A DNA stretch of 58,920 nt, filler included, from Sphacelaria rigidula (taxonomy: Eukaryota), in assembly GCA_964200075.2 (NCBI GenBank). It is 6 parts of 6 records of this genome, joined end to end, with 100 filler letters (N's around TTAATTAATTAA, not from the genome) between each part and the next. Parts side by side here need not be neighbours in the genome. Positions count along the whole stretch, not along the records: positions 19,675 to 29,411 come from CAXNAA020007867.1; positions 29,512 to 39,248 come from CAXNAA020007868.1; 4 more parts are not named here. The stretch is one strand, 5' to 3'. The position numbers were made by a program, and so were the translations under genes. Positions 24,701-36,163 of this stretch are shown here, in pieces. Numbering within the stretch: the first letter of the stretch is position 1; every line of letters begins with the position of its first letter. Below the pieces are notes generated by a model. The model was not told the DNA's origin, did no database searches, and worked only from the letters and a program-made list of their open reading frames with translations.

Positions 24701-26644
24701 CACCATAGCGATAACGAAGCCTTCCGCGTTCACCAAACTACCAACACCAGAGGCCAATTGCGTGCGAAAAATCACAAGTATTCACACCTGTTCACCAGCA
24801 GAAGTACACCCGAATGACGTCCTCCCTACGGACTGTATCCAACACGGCGGCGCTGTAGTAGGACGCGGAACACAAACAAGCAACCAGTAAAAGAGGAGGC
24901 GTGATCGTCAGAGGATATATCATGAATGAGTGGGTGCGTGAGGGCACGTGAACAAGTGCGCCGACGACTTTCAAAACATCGAACAAAAGCAACGCACGCT
25001 TTTGTACCCTTCTGCACCCACACAGGTTGTGGTTAGTTAAGGGGTACCTCGCTAGGCCCGACGAGCGGGTTCACAGTGGCGCGAAGCAGACAGCGGAGGA
25101 TACGACGTCTACCGCGCAAGCACTATCTTAGTCAATAAAATCTCATAAGATTATTCTACAAACCAATTCCCAAGCGCGAAGACAAAACCATGTGCATACC
25201 ATCACGCACAGTCACCTTGTGTGCCCACCAACCATATGTGTTTCCACCTGTCGTAGTGCACGCCGATTGGCGTTCTTCCTGCCAGATCTTGACCAGCAGC
25301 ATGGCGCTGTAGACAGCACACGATGGGAATGGAGGAATTGCAAACAGCAAGAGAGAAGGTGTGCTTTCCCGGAGGAAGTGAACGGGCGGGTGATTATGGG
25401 CGGGTGGTTGAAGAGAGCAAGGGGGAGGGGGGGCAGTAAACAATTGTGGTGCCTCACGACAGGATATCAAATTACATGGACAGCACTAAGGTGCAGCGCA
25501 AAGCATCGGGATGGTGTTCTCTTGCCGTTGCTACTGGTATCACGTGGCATCCTACAGTCTTCATGCTGCTTCCCACGCACCACCAACAACCAACGGATTT
25601 GTGCTCGGGCAAACTGTGAAAATTCGCGGGTACTCGAGACGAAAAGATGGACAGTGAAGCAGGCGCCTCCTAGTGCATCGAAAACTGGATGAGACTGCTG
25701 TCGCGCGGTAAGGACGAGGGAACGTGGAGGGGATGCCGCGAAACAAACGAGTCGTGAGCACACGCTCCCGGTGCACCGTCTGGACTTCTTACACGACCGC
25801 CGGCATGATGCTCGACACAATCCATCCTCGGACGAGAAAAAGACGTCATGTCGGAGCATGTCGTGATGTATGTCACCATGCACAACCTTGGCGTCATGCT
25901 GCCGTTGGCGTCGATCATGCGTCGCCTGCAAGGGCCGAATCGATGAATCGGTAATGCCCGTGTTCGATTGTGTCTTCGCACAATCGTGAGTACCCCTCAT
26001 AGCTTTGACCCCTCCTGGTGGGTAAAGCATACGCTGAAGACCAGAGACCATTGGCACCCTACGAGTTGCAAGGGTTGGATGCATGGATGGGGGGATCGAG
26101 CGCGCAGCGAGCGAATATTTCAAGTCATCTACGTCACAGCGAAATAAACTTTATGACAGCCAAAACATAACAAGTACGTTAGCCAGCCACGTCCGGTACC
26201 TTCATCTCTCATCTGTCGTTGCGTCGGAACGGTTTCCCCCGATTTTCCGAAAAATCGGGGGGAAAATCGGGGGAAATTGTTCCGAGATCGCGACTGCCCC
26301 CGACTTTTTTGAGGTGACGTACGAGCATTGACGTACAATGCTAAAGTATGAGGCGTGTGATATTTTTGCGACGGCAGCAGAAGACAGCCTCGTGACAGCA
26401 CAGGGCGTGCCTACTGCCCGCCCCAGCTGCTGAAGCAACTTTGCACGGGATTTGACAAGCGAATAATAAATGCTAACACCGTACCCAGCGGCGATGATAA
26501 TATTTCATCCTGCGCTGCGCTGCCATATGTATCACTAAACGCTACTGTAGTCTCCTAGCTGTTGTCGCTGTACTCGAGGGGTGATATACGACACTGCACT
26601 ACTGAACTCTGCTCGCGCACTGTTTGTTTTCTATTCTCGCAATA

Positions 26645-27058
26645 AACACAGGATTTTACAAATTGGGGATGGATGTTTTCCCGGAGAATTCAAATCTTCG
26701 TATCAACATCAAATCTTCGAAGTATGCTTCCATTTCTACATTTGCTGATGCCTATTGACAACTGCTACACGCCATACAAATGGATTTCGAGAACCAAAAT
26801 ATCGGGGTCCTAGGTGAAAAAACAATTTTGGGGGATTCGAGATTTCCGATCGGACGCAAAATTGGTTCTTCACCTGGGACCCCGATATTTCGCTTATCGA
26901 AATCCAAAATTGTATGGCGTGTAGCAGTTGTCAATAGCCACCAGCAAGTGAAAAAATGGAAGCATACTTCAAAGATTTGGTGTGGAAACGAAGATTTGAA
27001 TTCTCCGGGTTTTCATCCCCAATAAAACTTTCACCCCCAATTTATAAAATCCCGTTTT
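26645..27058. mobile_element. Palindromic MITE (AACACRGGA termini, 4-bp TSD AATA)
   Basis: The whole element folds back with ~180-bp imperfect arms. Flanked by AATA at 26641-26644 and 27059-27062. Homologous to 53803-54394. Confidence 0.85.
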
Positions 27059-28710
27059 AATACCGGCTGTGCCATTATGTACCACCACACGGCATTATCA
27101 TGTACTGTACTGATGTAGTGTCCTGCGTTGTATTACCCTAGGGTACCCAAGGTATGACACTGTACTCAAAGGATTGTTCACCGCCCGCCTGCTCTTCGGC
27201 TTTATGCACGAGTACGCAGTACCACACTCATGAAGAAAATGACCGTCTGTGTCCAGAACCACTGCACACAAATCTGTGATGCTGTACTGTCTGCGCCATG
27301 AAACGGTCACCCCGATTTTAAGTCCACGAGTTTGAGTCCCCCCTCAAAATCGAAGTCCAAAAAAATCGAGATTCGTTGCCATAAGAGTGGGTCGTAGTGG
27401 CGCGGTAACGCCCCAAACACAGAATGACCGTAGACATAATGCGCAGCATGACCGCAAAAAAGGACTTTCTCATGAGCTCCCTCGCTCATCTGCCTCGCCC
27501 CAAACATGCACGCCCCCCGCGCCCGCCATCTCATGAAGCCCGCCAGACAACAAAATCAAGCACACAATGAATTTGGTTGTACCTGGAATATCGACACCCC
27601 GACAAATCCACACGCACTGCCGCTGTGAAACTTCTCCCGACTCTTCCCTCATGACGCCTGGCTCCGCTGCTAGTTGGATGAAGCCGGATGTCCGGTCACA
27701 GTCGTCGACCAAAGCTGCGATCACACTAACTCGCACCTCTTGTATGAAGGCCCTTAGCGACGCCAAAACAGAGGGGGGTAGCGGAGGATCAAGAGGTCTG
27801 ACGTCAAAAGAAGGGGGTGTGCGGCGGCTATCCTGGATTCAGCGGGGCGGACTGCACCGACAGCGCCGTCTTCAGCACCTTCACGTCATCACCCGACTAC
27901 CGCCGGTCGCTGTTTCACCACGGTCGGGGTAGTATTGCCGACGCATGTACTCTAACATCGGTAGCTCTACTGATCGTATCGCTCCGGACGACCGTCTCCT
28001 ATGTGAACATAAAACACGAACATGATATCAATTCAAGCACGGGAGAATAACTTTGGCCGAGCTTGCCACAGGATAGAGCACAAGACCAGGCCATGCACCG
28101 CAATTTAAACCTGTTCGCCGTCCCCACCGCCTGAATCGATCAAAGCATATGATCACATAGCAGGTGGAAAAATGGGAAAATCACCGTCAACAGAAGAGAG
28201 CACCAGCCGACAAGGCGCGCGGAAAAAAACGCACTACATGCTCACCTGCATTGACATCGTGTTTTCCAGCCATTCACCGTTGTCGTCGTCATCCCTGACG
28301 CTCCGCCACGCCACGCTATCGCCGTCCTCTTTTCCCACTCCGGCGTTCCTCAGCTTTTACTCCGTCAACACGAAGAATCTCTTTTCTTTATGCCACCACA
28401 GCACTCCGCGTTCATTTATCTCCCTCCATGCCGCTGGAACCGTCTCATAACTCCCGATCGGCCTCCATTTCTTCCCGGTCATCCGTCATTGCATCAGCAT
28501 AAATGGAGCCAGTTCAGTTCACAACGACGAACAACTCCCCGAGAAAAATTGTCATCGCAATTTTGGTCACATACTTATGAGTGTGCTCGCTGCTCGGATC
28601 ATTTCCAGGTAGAACCAGATATCCCCTTGCCCGGAATCGTGACGTCGCTGCATGACTTTTCATGGTCGTTGTCCCACGATGGGGGTCACTCCACGCGCTC
28701 ATCCCGTGAC

Positions 28711-29411
28711 TGTTCGAGTTTTGTTGTTTTCTGCTTTTTCGGTTTGGTGGGTTCTCACCCGGAATATGTCTCGCGTCGGCGCGCCCGTCATGCCGCCGAC
28801 TGCTCCCACGCATCCACAGCACGGTCGCGCGCGGTCGAGGCCAGCAGCTACACAATATCAAAAGACGACAGGAGCAAGCGTCCAACAAGTAGTCGCCCCC
28901 TAGCCCGTCGCCGTACCCGTTCTCCCCCCGCCGTGCCCTTTTTGTTCGAGTGTTGTTGTTTTCTGTTTTTTCGGTTTGGTGGGTTCTCACCCGGAATATG
29001 TCTCGCGTCGGCACGCCCGTCACGCCGCCGACTGCTCCCACGCATCCACAGCACGGTCGCGCGCGGTCGAGACCAGCAGCTACACAATATCAAAAGACGA
29101 CAGGAGCAAGCGTCCAACAAGTAGTCGCCCCCTAGCCCGTCGCCGTACCCGTTCTCCCCCCCCCCCGCCGTGCCCTTTTTGTTCGAGTGTTGTTGTTTTC
29201 TGTTTTTTCGGTTTGGTGGGTTCTCACCCGGAATATGTCTCGCGTCGGCGCGCCCATCACGCCGCCGACTGCTCCCACGCATCCACAGCACGGTCGCGCG
29301 CGGTCGAGACCAGCAGCTACACAATGTCAAAAGACGACAGGAGCAAGCGTCCAACAAGTAGTCGCCCCCTAGCCCGTCGCCGTACCCGTTCTCCCCCCGC
29401 CGTGCCCCTTT
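28711..29411. repeat. Tandem array of ~232-237-bp units (at least 3 copies, truncated by contig end)
   Basis: Units start TGTTCGAG at 28711, 28943 and 29180. Near-identical apart from a few SNPs and poly-C length. Confidence 0.95.
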
Positions 29412-29513
29412 NNNNNNNNNNNNNNNNNNNNNNNNNNNNNNNNNNNNNNNNNNNNTTAATTAATTAANNNNNNNNNNNNNNNNNNNNNNNNNNNNNNNNN
29501 NNNNNNNNNNNTT

Positions 29514-29712
29514 TGTGACCTCGCTCATCCTCAAAACAATGTATCTGACATTCTGAAACCCCATGTCCACAGGGTATTCTGCAAAATGGGAACGAACTCT
29601 TTTTACGGGAATGAGCGAAGGTCGGAACTGTTCCGAATAACTACGGGATGGGACAAACACGGGGTTTCACCAATCGCCGATGGAAGCAGCTTTGAGGATG
29701 AACGAGGTCACA
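29514..29712. mobile_element. ~200-bp MITE-like element
   Basis: 22-bp inverted termini TGTGACCTCG(C/T)TCATCCTCAAA, plus inner inverted TGAAACCCC/GGGGTTTCA. Confidence 0.6.
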
Positions 29713-31212
29713 CATCACGGCTAGGGAGTGCATTTGCATATTTTTCGAAGCCAAATCGATGCTGATGGAGGCTCCCGAGGCCCCTTCTCAAAGATTATCC
29801 ATCCACAATTCGTAAAATCTCTCGTTTGATACTGTACCGTTGGCATCAACCAGTCTTGTCAAATAGCCTCGAAAGTTGGCTTGATCAAACGATGGATTGC
29901 TGTACACATCGGCAGGCCAATAGATAGCGGTGAAAGATTTGCTCCGTACCACTATACATCATACTTCTCGCATTTTTCCATATCGTCACATCAGCTGAGT
30001 CTCTCAGACCCGCCTTCAGAGGATACGAGGTTTCGAAAGGTGCGCATATCATGCACACGGTCGCAAGACACCGCTTGTACTATGAACGGGCTTGCTGCAG
30101 CACCAAATTCTTCTTCCAGCTCCTGCACGCCAAGAAACAGCCAGTTGGGTATATATAGTACATTGACAACAGACTTCCGGAGAGGTTTAACGCGATGTAT
30201 AGCGGGATAGAAAATACGCTGCCTTTGTCCTGGCAGATTTGGTTATATCGACGCCAAGGACGATGCGAGACGAAGAGTTTTTCGGCGGATAAACGTATAG
30301 ACGGAACAATGGCGAAAAGGGTAAAGCGTCAACTTTAGCCGCCCCCCAACTCGCTCGGAGATGCGAAATATGTTGATTTAGCTGGAGTTCTGTTTTGCGG
30401 CGGACGGTTTCCCTCAAAGACTACGCACACCTCTGCTGTCCCGACGGCGACCAGGACACTTGACCAACAAGCGGAGGGGAGCGCTACCCCCCACCACCCT
30501 GCCGACATGCTGGGGGGGGGTTGTACTGTCATGTACTGTCCTCCTTCGCAGGTACTTTCTAGGAGAGTGGACGCGCCCCGCAGGTTGAGAGTTGGGCGCC
30601 TTATGGGAACGATAACAATATCATAGTGAAAAGCAGTACCAGGAGGTTGCGGGGCTACTCAAAGGAGGGTACTTCAGCGGGGTGCCATTTCTCGCAAACT
30701 TCACCATGATTGAAATCATCGTTCCATGTAAGGTATACCATACAGCCTACCGTTCGGAGCACGTCCACTCTCCTAGGGGATACCTTCCAAGGCAGAAGGC
30801 AAACACGCAGAAACCCCTGCGAAAGGTGGCCCATCATCATTTGAACTTCTCCAGGGGGTGCGATTTCGCATGACCCCCAAGCACCGTAAAGGCAGAGAGC
30901 GACCGGGCGGGGGGTGACGGAAGAAAAGTAACAGTAGAACACGAGGCCGTGGCAAAATTCGAGGTCGAGAAACAAAGAGAAAGGAGGCCAGCGGGAGGGG
31001 GGGGATACCTTTTCGCAAGATTTTGAGTCCCCCCAAAAAATCGTTTTTATGAAAAAGCTCGTTCCAATTTGTCTTGATCCCTTGTTTTTAGTCGTGAAAA
31101 TCAACTTTTTCTTGTTGTTTTCCGAACTCAGTCGTAGATACGAGTCGTGAAAAACTGTCTAAGCCTCGTCATGTTTGGAACTTGATGGCAGGACTCGTGA
31201 ATCAAGACTCAC

Positions 31213-34200
31213 CCCACCGGTACCGCCTCTTGACATGCCGTTGATGGCACGGAGAAAGCTCGTTCCAATCTCCCCTAATGTTTGCTTGTTAAGCGGTTGG
31301 GACGCCTCCTTCACCATCCCGAACACGACCGTCAGTCTCACGTCCTGGTCACTCAGACTGAAGCAACTCGGCCAGCGCGTGCAATAGGCAAGAAACGCAG
31401 CGAGAGACATGCCAGTGAGAATCAGCACCGCTATATTCACGAGCTAGTCGAGCAGGCCACCCTACAGGCAGCACGGAGGAAATACAAGCGTGACAATACC
31501 GTGCGAGGCAACGAAGCCATATATTGTATACACACTGTAAAATCGGGTGGTCTGTGGCTAGAGGTGAACTGACGAGTCCGTTTCCATCAAATATGAAGGG
31601 TTGGGTATCTCACACTTCGAGAGCAAAGGGATATCACTGAACGGCCACGCGTTGCGGCCGTGCGGCCGTGCGGCCGTGCGGCCCTTTGCAGGAATTCCAC
31701 AACGTGAGGAAGAGCGTGGCTCGTGGAAACGCCATCGTCGAAACCACGATCAATGGTTCTAGGACAAAGCCAACACACAAAATGGGGCACGGAAACGGCC
31801 TAAACTACTTCGCGGGAAGCGGAACACGCGGCACAACCCGTACTGCCATACCCCCAGACTTGACCCACATACGCACCCCCCGCGTTCGATGCGCTCCGTC
31901 AGCACCACACAATTGACCACCCAACGGCCAAGTATTCCCCGGTCTAGGTCGGCCCAGACATTTTCGGCAGGGCTTTCGTTGATTGCGTCAACGAAGTGCT
32001 TCACCAGCTCGCCAATCGGCCTCGCGGGCGGGGGGCCGGGCGGGGGGGGTGGCTGTCGAGCGACTCTGCTCTGAGGGAGCGCGCGTTGGCCACAGCCTCC
32101 GCCGGCGGGCGAAGTTGGCGTCGTTGTCGCCGATGCGCTCTGTTGGCGTTGCTGCTTGCGGCGTTCAGCAACGGTGGTCACCATCGCTCCCTCATCCTGG
32201 GTCGCACCACCGACACCACCGACAACACCGACAACACCCACACCCGCCCCGATACGCGCAAGACGTTCCGCGAAAGGCTCCTTCATGTCCCACGCGGACA
32301 GCGGCTTCTACGGTAAAGGCATCACCATCGTTACAGGGGGCAAGGACGGGGAAGTTTTGAGTAGTTTGCTTGTATCGAGTGCCGCACCGCAGAGATCGAT
32401 GCCAATGAAACCAAAACATGACGACGAGTGTAATGTGAAGTACCACGTTACTCACAACGGAAGCTCCCCAGCATCAATGCTGGCTTGCGACATCGAAAAC
32501 TCACCTCTGCACCACCCACGCTCGCGGCCTGAACCTCCCTGGTGGAAGAAGGTTCCCTGTTGGGGGGGAGGGGGCACAGGACAGGGGGAGGGGGTCGACA
32601 GATATTGGGAAATTGCGCCGACGTCAAACCTCTGTCCTGCACGGTCGCATTGCCTGTAGAGCATAAAACTGCACCATTGTGGGAGACGAAGCATGAAGTG
32701 GAGGAGTCAATTCAATGAGCGTGTAGGTCCCGGCAGAGTGACAAGGACAGGAAGGACGTACCAGGTGTACCAGGTGTACCAGCAGTATAGTTGTGCACCT
32801 TCGGGTCGTTCAACGAAAGTGGGGAGGTGTACTCATGATCATGCATGCCTTAGTCGTTTGACCATTGACCACGTATCCCTTCCGAGACGGAGAGTATCTA
32901 AAGGGCGGCTCCATGGAGCTGCTTCTCGCCCGAGGATGACTCTCTTCCATCCCTGGCGTAGCCGTAAAGGCTAAGTCTCTCTGACGACGCGATGCTAAGA
33001 TGTGATACAATGACGTGGCGAAGCGTGACAGCCGTGTCCTTTGGAGGAACAGAGCAAAACCCGTCGGTAAAATGAGCCGTATAAACGGTACTCCCTCTAG
33101 CCGTTACACACGTGGCCAGAACGATACCCTGCGTACCTCGATTGTGTTTTTTTCTGTTGATCGGCAAGCTTGAGGAGGTGATCTCTATGCGTTGGTGTGC
33201 ATATTGTGGCGCTTGGGTTTGTGTGCAAATTTGCAGCCTGTAAGTCAAACGATTGGCAACGTGGTCACAGCCGTGTTAGTTGACTACGAGCTGGATCAGC
33301 CTAAAGGCGGATTCGAAGTTTGCAGGCGAATGCGCCGGCCAATATTTAGAGTTGGAGCATGAAACTCGCCATTCAAAAACCGGGGCGGTAGAAATTCGGA
33401 ACAGCATTTCGCAGCCCACTCACCGGCCCACGTTTGGTTCTTGTGTATTGAAATTTTTATGGGCTCTCGCTAGGGCATAACCAAGACAACTCTGTGGGTC
33501 AATTTTTGTTCATTATTTTTTCACTGGTTAAGTGTATTGTGGAGTATGGTAACGACCATTTTTTCTCGAGAACGCCCGAACCTCTCCCAAAAAATGAGAA
33601 AAAATGAAGGCCCATTGTTTTTGGGAGGGGGGGAGAGGTTCGGGCATTCTCCATGCTAACTTTCAAATCCCGGTTTCAAAAATTAAGCTAAAAACTGAGA
33701 CAAGGCCCAAGAGCAATGTTCATTCATTTCTGCATAAAACCCCCCTAAAAACACGAAAAAAAAAAAACGAAGAAAAACAGTATTTTTTGTTTCATCATCC
33801 ACTAGCGGTTCTCCATACCAAATTTCATAGCACAACCCTCAAAACCCGAGACGCGATGTCCAGATTTAGGTCGTCTAGTGTCTCTGCTTGTAATATATTG
33901 ATTGTAGTATGGAACCTTATGTGCGCCATATCTCGAGATAGATTACGAACTGGGTGAAGGTGAGGGTATCTATCGTCTCCCCGTGCTCCAGGAAAGGTCC
34001 ACACCAAAAACCGTCATCATCCGATGGATGCATCGTTCGGGGTTTCATATAGATTTTAGTGTGGGTGCTATATCCGTACGGTGTAGGAATTACTAGACAT
34101 GGGGTTTAATCAACGAGAAAAAAATTGGCCCAGATTTCGGAGCAGATAGGGCACCTGCCCCTTGGTTAGATGATTCATACGATATGCGGATCATGGCCCA

Positions 34201-36163
34201 ACTCGTCTCTGTCGATGAGATATTGCTTTGAGGGCTTTAATCCTTTTAAAGGCTGGCCCAGCTCGTATCCCAGCCTCAGTGCATACGTTAGACCTAGATA
34301 ATAACGAAAGCAACAATCTGTGACACGATCCAGCGGACGAGAAGGATCCATACCTGCTGCCGACGAAACCTCGCAGATTCAAAATTCAAAATTCGACGGA
34401 TTTCAAACCCGCATCAATAACCCGGAGCGGCCTGACACCCATCGAAGCAACGCGGCTCAATCGATCGTGACCGACAACAACAGGGCCGACATATCAGACC
34501 ACGTGATCTACGGAGCGCATGACTTCATCTTCATCTTTGTCGGCCGGATTTCAGATGTCAAATGCCTTGGAGTCACGCAGGTCTAAGGCTATGGAAATTC
34601 GAAAGCCCGCGTTCTTTCATCTCTTACTCGACCACACTCTGAGCTGATGTTGGCATAGCTAACGTTAGCATGCCACGCCGTAGCGCCACGCTGCCAGAAA
34701 TACGACGCTTCGAAAGTATCAACCGAAATGCAACAGCACTACCCCCGGGCGAGCAATTCCACGAACCGCCTGTTCTCTTCTTGAATGACGCGTATGTAAA
34801 TAGCTACAGGAGTGTCGTCGAACGTAATTTGAGTCCACACACGAGCAATAAGCACGCGTAGAGTACATACCTTTCGTGACGCTGGGCAGCAGCATCGGTC
34901 AGCAACGCTGCTACTGCCGTGGTGGTTGCGCGTCCCGCCCTGTCAATGGCGTGCAATAGCATAAGCACGGTTGAATGACGGCACTGCGAGAAGGTCCATA
35001 CAGATGCTTTGGTTGATTTGGTTGGTTATTCATGACGCGTTTCCCTAAGGATCTAGCTGTGGTGACAGATTGCACGTACCAAACAAGACAAAAACATGAG
35101 AGCGCTCGCTGAAAACACCCGAGAGAGGGGAAGAACGAAGACAGACGGAGAGTGAAGAGGAGCTCCAGAGGCAAAAAACAATACACAAAAAACGAAATGG
35201 CTCTGGCGGTACAATGATGCAGTGATTAGACTGGAATGGGAATGGCTATACCTCAACTTCCCGTGTATCTGTTCCCAACACCTAGCTCACTCATCAGGTA
35301 TGAATTGCTGCAACCCAATAGCTCGTGCGATCGTCTCGACTGCCGAGTACAAACTCCGTCAATAACAACGGTTGGTTGATGTGTTGCAGGCATCACACTC
35401 CGACTTTTTCTCCCGCACCGCCCATTTGGTTACAGGGTAGGTCTACGCGTATAGAACATATATATATATGTATATATATACGACTAACACCAACCAGCGT
35501 GACAACAGAAGCACAGCACGAACCACATACCACACAAACGCCGGTTGATGGCTGCTGTATAGTAACCCCAAACGCAAGACTACAAAATGCTTCCAAGCAA
35601 CAGCACGCAGCGCCAGACCCGCGAGCTACAGAAACGAACGGGACACCTTGCGCGCAGGAAGTGCGCGTACTTTGCATGGGGTATGATCATTCACGTAGCA
35701 CAGACTGATACCTCTCGTGCACGGCGGCTTCCTGCAGCGTTGGGAAGCCCCAGCCAGTCTTCGTCCCTTCAACGACCGCCTTCGTAGCCGGTGAACCGCC
35801 ACCCCTGCGACCATCACCACCTCCGCCTGACATCCTTCCTCCCCTGCCCCCATCCTCTCTTCCCCTTCCACTATCACTTCTTCCCCTTCCACCACCACCT
35901 CTTCCCCTTCCACCGCCAATTCTGCCTCTGCCCCAAACACCAACAACACCACTAACCCCTCCTCCCCTTCCACCATCACCTCCTCCCCTTCCACCAACAC
36001 CAACTCCCCTTCCACCACCACCAACTCCTCCTCCCCTTCCACCATTACCTCCCTTACCACGACCCCCAACACCACCAGTACCACCCACACCACTGCGACC
36101 AATGCCTGTACCACCCGCGCGCCACACCACCTCTGCCTTTGCCTGCGGCATGTTGACCAATCT
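31213..36163 (-). CDS. Exon-like fragments of an unassigned gene or pseudogene (incl. a Gly/Arg-rich exon)
   Basis: AG..GT-bounded open segments: ~36163-35712 (RLVNMPQ..RGG-rich..AVHE) and ~31345-31213 (DVRLTVVFGMVKEASQ..GGTGG|gtgagt). A third, ~32307-31920 (KPLSAWDMKEPFAERL..ELVKHFVDAINE), has a clear acceptor but an uncertain donor. A full in-phase model could not be built. Confidence 0.35.
32830..32891 (+). repeat. Abundant SINE-like dispersed repeat; further copies ~39164-39248, ~47611-47681, ~48556-48630, ~49016-49084 (+) and ~49306-49391 (-)
   Basis: G-run followed by TACTCAT..TGC.TGCC.TAGTC...GACCATTG.CC.CG..TCCC. Two contigs terminate inside copies. Confidence 0.85.

Noticed and set aside
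28711-29411. CRISPR-like array
   Set aside because: Units are ~235 bp and contiguous, with no unique spacers; the context is eukaryotic and there are no cas genes.
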